A DNA stretch of 62,955 nt, the filler included, from Hausera hauseri (Eukaryota): the NCBI GenBank assembly GCA_046269625.1. It is 9 parts of 9 records of this genome, joined end to end, with 100 filler letters (N's around TTAATTAATTAA, not from the genome) between each part and the next. Parts side by side here need not be neighbours in the genome. Positions count along the whole stretch, not along the records: positions 20,588 to 30,795 come from JBJURY010225519.1; positions 30,896 to 35,617 come from JBJURY010461356.1; positions 35,718 to 44,108 come from JBJURY010658774.1; 6 more parts are not named here. One strand, 5' to 3'. How positions within the stretch are numbered: the first letter of the stretch is position 1; every line of letters starts with the position of its first letter. The notes beneath the pieces are model-generated. The model ran no database searches and was not told the origin of the DNA. It saw only the letters and a list, made by a program, of their open reading frames with translations. The position numbers and the translations under genes are program-made. Shown here piece by piece: positions 25,118 through 37,434 of this stretch.

Positions 25118-25590
25118 TGGATACTCGACGCGATTCTACAGTCTGAAATTTTCGTCCGCCTATATCTTGTCAAAATCGTACCCCCGCGATATGCTACCTA
25201 AACGCATTGAGCCAACGAAGCCAGCAACCTTCATTGTAAATACAGACTCCAGCAACCATCCTGGATCACATTGGGTAGTTTTGTACTACAATGAAGTCGT
25301 CACGTTTCATTATTTCGATTCATTTGGGTTTCCACCACTACACACAGACGTTGCGGATTTTGTTACACTCTGGCATACCTGTCATCTATAACGCGCGACC
25401 CTCACAAGACATGTTTAGTAATACGTGTGGATTCTACGTCATTTATTTCATTCTGATTAAAGCCAGAGGAGAATCCATGCGACACGCACTCATGCCTTTT
25501 ACATCTATGAGACAGCACGTCAACAAAAGAATCGTTTGGCGCCTCGTGCGACCTTGGTTACATGCAAATAAATTTGAATATGTTCTATAA
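25118..25590 (+). pseudogene. Adenain-like cysteine maturation protease (frameshifted)
   Basis: FIVNTDSSNHPGSHWV..YFDSFG and Q..SNTCGFY catalytic motifs in two frames. Confidence 0.88.
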
Positions 25591-25657
25591 ATAACTGACG
25601 TAATAAAAATCGACTTAAATCGGTTATAGTAGTATATAAGCAACTCACACGCCCAAT

Positions 25658-25989
25658 GGTCTTTCTGTTTGAAAATGTTTACGCTATTTGATAACAACGT
25701 TTACATGACCGGTTATGCTGTACTACTATAACCGATAGGGTTGGCGAAATTGGTTACGGTTTCCCTGTATAGAAACAGAGTGTTGATACACAATAGGGGA
25801 TACTTTGGTGAAAGCGACAAAAAGTACCCGACGAAAACATGCATTTCGCTAACCCACGAAGAGTTTGAACAACTCGTCGCCTTGGAGAGTGACTTTTTAT
25901 CCGCCGGCAGTTACATAACGATAGAACCAAAGGATATTCCAGAACGAGAACCGTTAACCGACTCGTCCACGCAAACTGAATCTCTATAG
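25658..25989 (+). pseudogene. PC4-like ssDNA-binding/coactivator protein
   Basis: KLVTVSLYRNRVLIHNRGY...KYPTKTCISLTHEEFEQL matches the PC4 core pattern. Confidence 0.7.
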
Positions 25990-27038
25990 AACATTATGGA
26001 ATTGGTTGACACTTCCAGAGAAACCCACCCGTTACAGAACTTTGACTAATTTACGCAAAGGCTATCGAATACTTACTTACAGATCTTTGTTTCGTCCTTT
26101 GCAAAGCACATCTGAGGAACAGTTACGTTTACCGTTCCACGATGAAGCCACGTGATCTTTACAGATAAAGAAGAAACACAAGAGACCCAAACTTCAAAAA
26201 GCTTTGTAAAGTTTACAGGAAAAAATGACCAAGTGTTGCCCCAAGTGTGGCTAATACTACTTAAGCAATCCTCGAGCGGTTTCCCCAGCGATGTCTCCAA
26301 ACAGTTAATTACACTCCAACACCACGACAATGCTCCTCCAGATTCCCATTATAACCTACTGCCTCTCCTCCTATACATAAGAACTACTCACATGATGTCC
26401 TAAGAAGCACCAATCCTCTGTAATGGGAAACAATACGCCCTAGTCGTGGAGGTCTTGGGAAGGTCTTAGTCGCTATATTTCATATGACAGGGCATCTGAT
26501 ACCCAGACATCTCACACCCTACATTACGTCATAAAAAGAATGATGATGATGGTGTATATATCATCTACCACATACCTTACATCTGCTACCAAGACATAAC
26601 ACGGCACCACCCCCATCTCGTCACCCCTTACCCTAACTAAAAAGAAAACAATTACGACATTAACATCATGACGTCACCAAAAAAATGATGATTGTGCATC
26701 TAACTACATAAATAACTATACAACATATATCATTACTAAATTAATTATAAAAATCTAATGGAGGTGACACAAGGTCTTGGTGACCCTTAAACAATAAATA
26801 CAGTAAGGTACATAATAATACCACCGCCCCATCACCCCTTACCCTAACTACTTACTCTAATTACACAAAAATTGTAATTAATTAATTACGTCATCAAAAC
26901 AAAAGAAATGTTATTTAAAAAATACTGACGCTAGCAAGAAGCAAAATGCTCAGGTTACAGAAACAAACAAACACACACACACACACACAGTAATAAAAAA
27001 ATATGGCATTAAATATATATTTTTATTTATCCTCAGAT

Positions 27039-29712
27039 ATGGCACTACGAACGATTCAAATACAGGTACTATTGGTGATCTTATGTGGCACGCATTGTTC
27101 GTTAAGTATACCGGATATGAATCGTTTACCCATTACGCCACGCATTCGCCATTCCATCAAGGAAACCAAACATCGAACTGATAATATCAAAGATGAACAT
27201 ACACATTTTCAAAATATACATGACCTTGGGTGTGAACCATCTAATAATGATTCTCTCCTGAATTGTAGCTGTTCACTGGAGGCCAAGGCTGCAAACTGTT
27301 CCAGCCGTCAGTTTGATCACGTTCCACAGAATCTTCCTTCGGATATTATTAGCCTGGATTTACGTTACAACAACATCGCCTGCTTGCGTAGCAACGATTT
27401 TGCAAAATATCCATTGCTGGAACATCTTAACATCTCCTATAATCAAATTAGCGTGCTCGACGAATATGCATTTCTGAATTTGTCGAGGTTACTTACTCTG
27501 GACTTGCGTAACAACTCACTGGAAATGAAGAAACATATGTTCCCGGATAATGTTTTCCTATCACTGAAAAAATCCTTAAAATTTCTGAGCATTAATCAGA
27601 ATAATATAAACCCAACCAAGGGAGGGTTGCGGTATCCCGATCTTGCTCTCTCACGTCTAACAAACCTAGAAGAACTTCAAATGGATGGTTTATCTGTTAA
27701 TGTTGCTGGGCCTTTTGGTGTGGGGTGTAGGAGTATGACAAACCTGACTCGGTTAACACTTATTGGAAACAACACAGGTCGTTGCAATTTGAAGGTACTG
27801 CGGAGTGATACGTTTGAAAATCTAGGACACATAGAGCATTTAAATATCGCAGATTGTGATATTCGTGGTGCTAATATTGATCGTAAGGCTTTCATGCCAT
27901 TGTTAAACCTGCGCACGCTTGATATATCTCATAACGAAAAAATTGGCATTGAAAATTTGAATCGAGTCTTTTATGGTCTTCGAAACGCAAAAAATCTGAC
28001 ACATCTTCACATGCAGTTGATAGTCAATAAATATTCTTTGGGCGTTTGCCTTGAGAGTAGATTTATCAAGGACTTTCCTCAACAGGTGACCTATCTCGAT
28101 GCCAGAGAAAACAATTTAGAAGCACTGGATAGAAATGTCATTCGGTCGTTGCCTAAGTCTCTTGAGGTTTTAGATTTAAACGGCAACAGGTTTATATTTA
28201 GAGCATATTTATTAGATTTGCCGAAATTAACCAATCTCAGGTCGCTGAAATTAAGCGGTGAACCATCAACTTATCATGTACCTTCCGTTTATCCACTTCG
28301 TTTTAGAAAAACAGTTTACACCGGTAACGGTTCATGTACAATATACTTAACTACAAAGGAAAATTTCGTATTTCAGCTACCTCCAAATTTAAGTTTTATA
28401 GAAATGAACAAAGCCGGTCTAAATTATATTTTGTCAAATCTTAAATTCGACAAGAAGAATTCTCTAGAAAATGTAAGTTTGTCCGGTAATCGTTTTCCAT
28501 ATCTTCAGGGACCTGTTTACGGACTTCATGCTTTGAAATATCTCGACCTTTCCTCGAGTTTTATTTCTAGAATTTCGGACATCTTTTTTCAAAATATGAG
28601 TTCCCTGGAGATTCTTAGATTGGATTTTAATTTGATCGGAAGTTTATTTGCTGATGAGAGTCACGTTAAAGTGTTTTCACATTTAACAAATTTAAAAGTG
28701 CTAAATTTATCTTACAATGGCATACAGCGCATAATGCCAGATAGTTTCGCAAATTTGACAAATCTGACAACACTGCTGCTAACGAAAAACCCTTTAGTGT
28801 CGTTTGATGTGGACATTTCGCGAATGAATCAACTTCAAATTTTGAGTTTGGCCATGAACCACATACCATCTCTGAACCAGGACGCACGACGTCATATCAG
28901 TAAACAAATCAGCAGAGGTATACAATTTCAAGTCGACATGCGCTTCTGTGAGATAAACTGTGATTGCTTTAATATCGACTTTCTAACATGGATGACGACA
29001 TCTGGAGCTTTTGACAACCATTTTGAAAACTACATTTGTTCTTCCCCTGGTGTAACTGATCAGGCCATTACAGATGGCTACAAACGAAGTATTTCATTGC
29101 TTTCTAAAAAATGTTTTTCCAAATCATTGCTATTTTTTATTGTAAGCTCAGTTACCATAGTTAACAGCTGCGTTTATTGTCGGCTCCGTTTTGTTCAGAT
29201 TTCGTTGGAATATTCGTTATATGTACTATGCCGCGTATTTGAAATACAAAGAAATCTCTACTTCCAATGAGCATAAGTTCGACTATGATGCTTTCATTTG
29301 TTACTCTGAGAAAGATGTAGATTTTGCTGAACAAATTTTGGACAAAGAATTACACCATCGAGGATGTAAAATATTTCTCCACAGGCGAGATTTCACAGCT
29401 GGGGAGTACATCTCTTCAAATATTGTCAAAGCTGTATGCTCCAGTAAGAAAACTGTTGTTGTCCTGACAAACTCACTATTTGATAGCCAGTGGTGCGCCT
29501 ACGAAATAGAAATGGCAAAGATGGAAGGCGTTTATAGTGGGCGACAAGTTTTGATTTTTCTAATTATGGAGGAAATTCCTCACGAGAAGCTTGGCAGAGA
29601 TCTGTTATATAACATTAAGAACAACACATACCAGGAATATCCGGCAGTGCATTGTGGGGCTGAACAGCTAAAGCTTTGGTGGGACAAACTGGCCTCAGAT
29701 ATTAAAGATTAA
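27039..29712 (+). CDS. TLR: Single-exon Toll-like receptor (signal peptide, LRRNT, LRRs, LRRCT, TM, TIR) with a frameshift at ~29160
   Basis: LRR consensus repeats, LRRCT CDC..F..W; TIR boxes YDAFICYS, HRRDFTAG and SQWCAYE in ORF 29191-29712. ATG 27039 follows a splice-acceptor-like TTTATCCTCAG. Confidence 0.93.
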
Positions 29713-30594
29713 AGAACTACAGAGGAATTCGAATACATGAAAGCTTGAGGATATTGATCGAAAATGATTTGGTGTCCATGACATCTATAATGTTTTTTTT
29801 TTAAATTGGGCAGCATCAGATTTTTGCCTGAAGTTATGTATTTCTTATGTATTCTATGTTTGTGCATATAGTTCTGCTTGGGATATAAATAAAATTGTCC
29901 TTTCCAAATTATCCAGCGTCTTCCACAATTTCCTGCTGAAATCTGTGCGTGGCAGTAAAGATCTTATCCATGGACACAACAAACACACACTTTACGGAAT
30001 TTCGGGTTGAATCTACGCCTCTGACGAACATTTATAACCCCATTTCTTCTTTGATTTTGATTTATCGGTTGTTGTTTTTTTTTATTTCAGGCCAGCCCGG
30101 TTGCAACTAAGCGTTCTCTTTATCATTATCACTATTCCCCATGCCGATGCAAGCTTCAGTTGTCGTACTATGACGACTTCGTTGTATTCATGTACTGTTA
30201 ACATGATTATTTGTAGAACACATTCTTATCTGTCTCTTTCACCGCGCTCTAACTCCAGTCTACTGTGTTGTTAGTCATTTAATAAAATTAGCTAGAGCTG
30301 GCCAACCCTTACCACAATTTAGTAATTTAGCACAGCTCTGTAATGTGTGGGAGGGGGTCTGCCAGGCTGTAAGTGAACGCCCGAGTTACAGCCAATATAA
30401 TACCTTTCCAGATCTGAATCCGTTGTATGTGCTGACAGAAATCCTTTAGCCAGACTGTTTGGAATTATTCTTGGTCAGCTTTCATAACTTCAGGGCTCAC
30501 TAACGAAGATTTGTTAAAAAATTTAGAAGCATCACACCCAAGCTATTCCCCACCCAACTCCGACTGGACCACCATTGTCTTGTCTTTGATTCAC

Positions 30595-30795
30595 AGTCAT
30601 CGAGCGTCAGCTCTTGTTGACTTTGATGCCAATATGTGGTACTGTGCAGTTTTAATAAGCTGCTGCGGGCTGCCATATAGGATATTGTCTATGTTAGGGT
30701 TGACAGGTAGTAGAGTCCGTCTTAGCTCCTGGAGTGCGGGGCAAGACAGCAGGTGGTGTTTCACTGTCTCAGTTTGGTGTGCACAATGTCTGCAT
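30595..30795 (-). pseudogene. LINE ORF2 C-terminal CCHC knuckle and 3' end
   Basis: CRHCAHQTETVKHHLLSCPAL..ILYG. Confidence 0.7.
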
Positions 30796-30900
30796 NNNNN
30801 NNNNNNNNNNNNNNNNNNNNNNNNNNNNNNNNNNNNNNNTTAATTAATTAANNNNNNNNNNNNNNNNNNNNNNNNNNNNNNNNNNNNNNNNNNNNAAGTA

Positions 30901-31380
30901 ATGGCGACAGGATTTATAGATATTGAAGCTTTCCAAGATGATAATGCCCGGTACCTGATAAAGGAATTATGCGTCATGGACGTCACTAACATTTTCAAAC
31001 CGCTTGTGTATGTATTCAAGCCCGGCGTTATGTGGAATGACCTGACGGAAAAGGCGAAATGTACAAATGGATTTCTCTTTCGACATCGTCATGGACTTCA
31101 TTAGTATGAAGGCAATTCAACGTTTTGTGTGCAGTGAATTTGTAATCGTTTTGACATTGAAAATACAATATTTTGCATTAAAGATCAAATTGACGGACAA
31201 AAGTTTACTCAACTACATTCACAGTTTCCGAATTGCGAATGACGATGTATCCAACATCGAATAGCTCGCTGGTGATGGTACCTGACAATATTAGATATCC
31301 GTATCGCGATCATAGACCACATGGTGCTAACAAAAATGTCTACGGCTTTGTGTTGACTATGTTTCATGCAAATGAATATA
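30901..31380 (+). pseudogene. Polinton-associated DEDD-like exonuclease (copy 1)
   Basis: FIDIEAFQ..YLIKELCV..VFKP..HGLH*.EG; C-terminal C/H cluster; stops present. Confidence 0.7.
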
Positions 31381-31474
31381 TGTATATTTCTCTGTTTCTT
31401 TCTTTATTTCTGTAAATAAGGTCAGTTAGATAGTTCAAAACTATAAATATAGGTAGGTTATAATATTAGTCATC

Positions 31475-31939
31475 ATGGAAATTGTTAATCAATTGAAGCA
31501 ATTGCAAAATTCTGATGAATTATCAATTTCAGACTTGGTACGATAGTGGCAAGTACTTGATAGCGAACTGGTTGCGAGAGCAGCAGGTGATTTTGGATTT
31601 AAAGATGTAGCGTCAATAGCATTGATGACAGAAACAGATTGGAGCTCTATAGAATATTTAATTGTGTTAAAATCAAATGTACATTCACCGACTGTATCAT
31701 ACAAATTACTTTAATACTGTTGAAAAGGTATGCGGTCAATTAAAGAACTTGAAAGAGACAATAATGGACAAAGTACGAGACTGTCAGTTTATGAGGGTAC
31801 TATGTAAACAAAGAAAAGTGGATACGGTATTCTAATGTGCATCCATCTCGTTGATTGTCAAATGTGTTCCACCAAAGTAACCCAATGTCCAGAATGTAAA
31901 TGTGCTGTAATGGAAATTGTACACATTTATTACGAATGA
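31475..31939 (+). pseudogene. RING-finger protein with IAP/MDM2-like C-terminal RING (copy 1); TATAAATA at 31442
   Basis: LCKQRKVDTVFLMC.HLV.CQMC..KVTQCPECKCAVMEIVHIY. Confidence 0.75.
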
Positions 31940-32101
31940 CTTCTTCAATAACGGAACATGGGCTTCAATGACGTGGAGGTAATTTGTATCATTGTGATAT
32001 GAGACAATACTCACAAAGTATATGTCGATTGTTTACAATGAATACAAACATTTGACATAAATAGAGATGCCATTTCATTTCACGTTTGTGTTATTTAAAA
32101 A

Positions 32102-32563
32102 ATGTCTTTAGAAAACAATTCAGCAGGTGACAGTCTCTAAAAAATGCCACGGTACAGCGAATATTCGCTCAGAAATTCTCGGTTGTATAATAAATACAAC
32201 TTACATTATCTGCACAACGCTATTCAATTTCCATTGACGCAAACGGTCAAATTCAAACCGGTGAAATGCGGTCTATTGTTGAAAAAGATCAGCGACGATG
32301 ATTTGGATACGATGGAAGCCACAATTAGAAAAGTTGACAGTGATTTGGCGTTGAGTAACAATATCCAGGATATATCGTCGATTTTTCTCAAAGAAAATAT
32401 GGAAAAAATTGTCAATTAACATGGAGGTGAAACAGCAGCTGCAGCAGCAGTTTTGCCACCGGAAGGAGCTAAAGGCTACGTGACACTGAAGCTCAAAGGA
32501 TTCAAGGAAAGCAGCGGCATAAAATCCCCAATATGGAAAATTGGGAAGTTCACAATGATTTAA
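32102..32563 (+). pseudogene. Conserved unknown element protein ORF-X (copy 1)
   Basis: Near-identical to ORF 42009-42413; two in-frame stops in this copy. Confidence 0.7.
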
Positions 32564-32865
32564 CTGACTTACTTTGTGTGTCTTTGTGATTTACTTTTTC
32601 TTCGATCAATAAATAAATGTATTTGTGTTACATAATTTGTTTTTAGTGCAAGGTTATTGTTTTACTTTACTTCCATCTTACTTAATAATAATAGGTTAAG
32701 TAAGTAACCGAAAACAAAACACAAAAGACACTGAACAAAGTACATTATTAACATTGAAATAAAACAATGTACAAAAGATAATCATTGCAATAATTATCAC
32801 AATATCCAGACCAGATTGAACTGCTTGTATCTGATCTGATCTAATCTGATACCACCGAACGTGTT

Positions 32866-35617
32866 TTATTTCCATCCCCAATGTCCATACGCCCAACTCT
32901 TATTTCGTCCCACCTATTTCGTTTATCATCGTTACATAGCAAAGCGACTTTCGCACTAGTTATTGTATACAGCTGGTGCTCAATTGGTCGGATGATTGTT
33001 TGAGGCACAACAGCAACTGATTGTCCTCCAGCTGCTGCGGCTGCTGCTACTTCATATATACGGTTATAATCACCGTGGCCAATTTCCGTCTGCTTCAGCT
33101 GGACTCCTTTTGTTTGCATTTTCGGTCCACAGTCCGTCAGAAGCCTGTAGCACTTTGAGCGTAGGAATGTCCATTCCCCATACTGAACCCTGCCTTCACT
33201 TTCATCCTTGAAGCAGCTGATTTTGTTGGTGATCGCGCTGCTGTAAAACGGATGATCCGGTGGGTAGTTTAACGTGTTCAGTAATTCATCTGGCTGCATT
33301 TGCTGCAGTAGGTGTTCGCAATTGACGTTTTTCAGCCGCAGGAAAAAACTGTCTGTCACCGGCAATTATAATAATGTCACAGCCGTCAAACATTTGCCGG
33401 TATCGTGCCAAGTTGCGATACTGTAGCTCATACATCCGCAACTTTCTCAGGTCCAATATTACTTGTCCGATGTAACTTGGACGGTACAGAACGACTTCTT
33501 CTCTGTTTAACAGCACCTCAACGAATCCATCGGCAATGTGCATTGATCGCCGAAACTGTGTCTTGCTAGTATACGTAACCAGCTGCTTTTCGCTGTTGCT
33601 TAGGCGTACATTGAGCCGCCTTTTCATATTCTCCACTGTTTTTCCGTACAGAGAATTGTTTTTCAGCTTGTAATAGTACATTTCGAACTTTGTACAAGCT
33701 GCGGCTCGTTCCATCTATGTATGCCTTGAATATTGGAGACTGAACAAATATGATGGCGCGATGTAGCCGTGTGACGCGTAAACCCAACTGCATGTAAAAT
33801 TTCAACAGACGCCAATGAACTATGTAATTTTGCTTGAGTTCATCCTTCATAAGCAGCTTCTTCATCTTCGAACCCTGCGGTCATTTGCTAATTGATGCGA
33901 CATGCGATTCATCCAGAAAGTTATGCAGCTCATCTGGTACCACGAGATCGACCTCCATCAGGTATCCAACTGAGCTGTTTTCTGCTCTTGTCGTGTTTGC
34001 TTTCGACAGATTTTCCAGTATTGTATCCAGGTCCTGATTGTCGACTACCCATTCGAATAAACCGTACGGCAAGGGTTGTGAAAGAGCCCAGCCGTACAAG
34101 TTATTAATGTCGATATACAACAATGATGTAGTATCATCACTGGTTACGTGATGCTTGTTGACAAATATCATGCCGCCGCAAATACCAACATCAAACAGCA
34201 GGTACATTTCCGGGTCTTTCAATAGCTCGATATCCCAATACAGTGACATAAGAGCTGATGCCCAACTCATTCCGGGTATTGAGTAAAAGTTGAGTGGTTC
34301 CAGCCTATCTTCCGCCAACGCCTTCGCTTGAAACGCCTGGAACACATCGGCTAATAAGAACACGTCAAATTTGAGATACTGGAGCATGTACTCCAACATT
34401 TTTCTACAGCCCAGTTCTGTCAAAGGTTCCTGTGCTCTCCGATATTCATCTTCTATGATGCCTGTCCATCGCGTCGGTAATTCCTCTGCTGTCCGGAGTC
34501 GCTCGTATGATGTTGCAAAGTCATATGGGAATATGCCTTCACTGTGTGCGATTTGTATGGGGAACTGCGTTGAAGTTATCGGCACATCCAGCAAGGCATT
34601 TACCAGCTTCGCCAATGATTCATTGAGAAATTGCAATGAATCAAGGAAGCGTACTTGGAACCGGTTTATGCGTGCTGCCAGGGACAGATACTTCTCCATT
34701 GTTGTAGGGATTATGGACAGTTCCCAGTGCGGAAATCCGCTGATGGCCCATTTCAGTATATGGTGACAATAATAACCTCGGAAATTGTGAAAGATCACCG
34801 GTAGGAATGGCCGCACACGTCTTGTTAAATTGCATGCTACTCCCAGGTATCGACCGGTGAAATGATCATGGTTCGGTACGAGCCATTCCTGTGCATCAAA
34901 AGCAATATTTTGTGGCAGAGGTAACATTCATCGGTGGCAGCGAAAATCAGCGGTTCATATTCGTCTGCCCATATCAAGGGCTTAGTGCTATTGTTACTGT
35001 ACCATGGTGCGATTTCCGTTTCCACTATCGTTTCCAACTGTTTCTGGAAATCGTGTATACAGTTCCAGCCATGAAAAACGTAATATTGCAGTTGTCCGGC
35101 GGCTTTTATTGGAACCACCAACATACGAACGGCGACTGGAATGTGCTTTTGGTCGTATACGTTGTGCCGCGGTAGGATTGCCTCGATATTGGCATATAAC
35201 ACATATGCCGGACTGTCTGTTTTCGACAAGTCACTGAATCTCAGCTCCTTTTTGACTGGAATGACGTACATTGTTGTCCCTGAAGAATTTTGCCTGCACA
35301 GCGCCACATGTTTTTCCAATGTCGTTTTTGACCTGAAACCATGCAAACATGTAGGGCACCATTTACAATTTATACGCTTTGTGATAAATTGGTGGTGATC
35401 CATGTTCAGCAGTCTGTCCAAATTGGTTACTGCCACATAGTGAAATTTATCTGCTTGCTGAAACAGCAGCAAATTTACCGAGCGTCCATTCGGGTTCCGA
35501 CTGCTATAAATTATATCCACGTGTGGGGTTTTGTATATCTCTTCATCTGCTGGTATTTCTACGATTGTATTGTACCGGAACACGTTGATTGCCAGTGTCG
35601 GATTACGCCGTTCAAAA
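32866..35617 (-). pseudogene. Protein-primed PolB (copy 2, 5' truncated by contig end)
   Basis: YANIEA, HDHFTGRYLG, FHNFRGY, YLKFDVFLLADVF, SLLYIDINNLYGWALSQPLP, KLKNNSLYGKTVEN, DDKR. Confidence 0.93.
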
Positions 35618-37434
35618 NNNNNNNNNNNNNNNNNNNNNNNNNNNNNNNNNNNNNNNNNNNNTTAATTAATTAANNNNNNNNNNNNNNNNNNNNNNNNNNN
35701 NNNNNNNNNNNNNNNNNATCAAATACATGTCCGGTCAAAATGTCATCGGTCAGTCTCTGAATTTCACTTTCAATATACTCTTCCATTTGATTTAGTGTAA
35801 TAGTAGTAATGTTGATGCACGTTTATAGCCGATTTAGGCGACATCTGAGACTGCAGTAAGGGGAATAAGTTATGGTGTATTTTAATTAAATTTATTTATT
35901 TATAATTAATACATTTTATTTGTTTTTAGTTTAAAATTTACTTTAATTTGTTTATCATTCAGAAATCTTTGCAATATCCCATGTATTGCGTTTCTCGCAC
36001 ACATGACGGTCGACAATGCCACAAGGAAATGGCCAAATATTTTTCAGTTGCCAAGGACACGTACATGTGTCCCGTGTGTTTTATTCAAAACACATGCCCG
36101 TACGCCAATTTTTATGAGATGCACAAGCATCACCTCGTTCCGTTCACGCGGTCCAAGAAAATGATGGTTGTGCATTGCCCCACATATCTGGGATACTGTA
36201 GTAGTAGTAGAGTGCATGACTTTGATGGTTGCCATAGTGTAATGCGGCAGTATTATGACGCCATAATGGTGCACTGTAAACGGGCCTACGTTTGTCCCGG
36301 TTGTTCTATAGTTGATGAAGTCAGCTATGAACAATTCTATAACATTCACAAGGACCACTTGAAACAGTTTCAGAGGTCCAAAAACGAAATATTAATGGAC
36401 GCAGCAAGAAGCATCAGGAAACGTCAAGCATCAGCATGCCTTGACGAATACTTTTAAAACAACAGAAGTCAGAAACAGCAGCAGCAGCAGCAGGAACGTG
36501 AGCCGCCCATTATTCTGAAGTACGACCTGAACAGATCGTACGTGGACATGTCCTCGAAAACAGAAACGCAATTGAAGGATATACCCGCTAATGTGCGTAA
36601 CCGGTTGGAATAATGGGTGGCCAATTTCCGACAACAACAACACTGCAAAGTGCAATATTAAGCACTTGCAGAATTTGAAAATCTGCAGGGTGACAGAAAA
36701 CAATGGTACCTGACACAACGAGCCGTACCATACTCTAAGGATTTTATTGCCGATGTAGGCCAAAAACTTGACGAAAAAATCGCCTACTACACCAAAAAGG
36801 GAAGTGGTTGGCGAATTGTAAAGATTGTCACTCTCGGCTTTATTTTGACCAGGACGAGTGACATGATTTACATGTCTCGATGTTCATTCATACCGACACC
36901 TGCATCCTTGAAGCAGTCTCTGGCGGTAGTGAATGTACAAAATACTAACGGCGAATACTGCTTTATTTACAGCATTCTGGAGATACTGAAATATGATCAA
37001 GTGTCCAGACATGCAAATTGTCCGAAGCAGTACAGTAAGTATATCTCAGAATTGGACTATGACGAGTGTTGGATGCCGATAAAACTCAAAACCATTGCGG
37101 CTTTTGAACGGCGTAATCCGACACTGGCAATCAACATATTCCGGTACAACACAATCGTAGAAATACCAGCAGATGAAGAGATATAGAAAAACCCACACGT
37201 GGATATAATTTATCTCAGTAACCAATTTGGACAAACTGCTGAACACGGATCACCACCAATTCATCAAAAAGCGTATGAATTGTAAATGGTGTCCTACATG
37301 TCTGCATGGTCTCATGTCAAAAAATAACATGGGAAAAACATGTGGCGCTGTGCGGACAAAATTCATCAGGGACAACAATGTTCGTCATGCCAGTCAAAAA
37401 GGAGCTGAAATTCGGTGGCTGGTTGAAATCAGAT

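Larger units (their letters stand above)
23729..26756 (+). mobile_element. Internally deleted Polinton/Maverick derivative bounded by ~530-bp imperfect inverted repeats (23729-~24283 / ~26235-26756)
   Basis: The arms are colinear reverse complements (AGATTTT.../...AAAATCT); the interior encodes capsid, protease and PC4-like relics. Confidence 0.8.
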
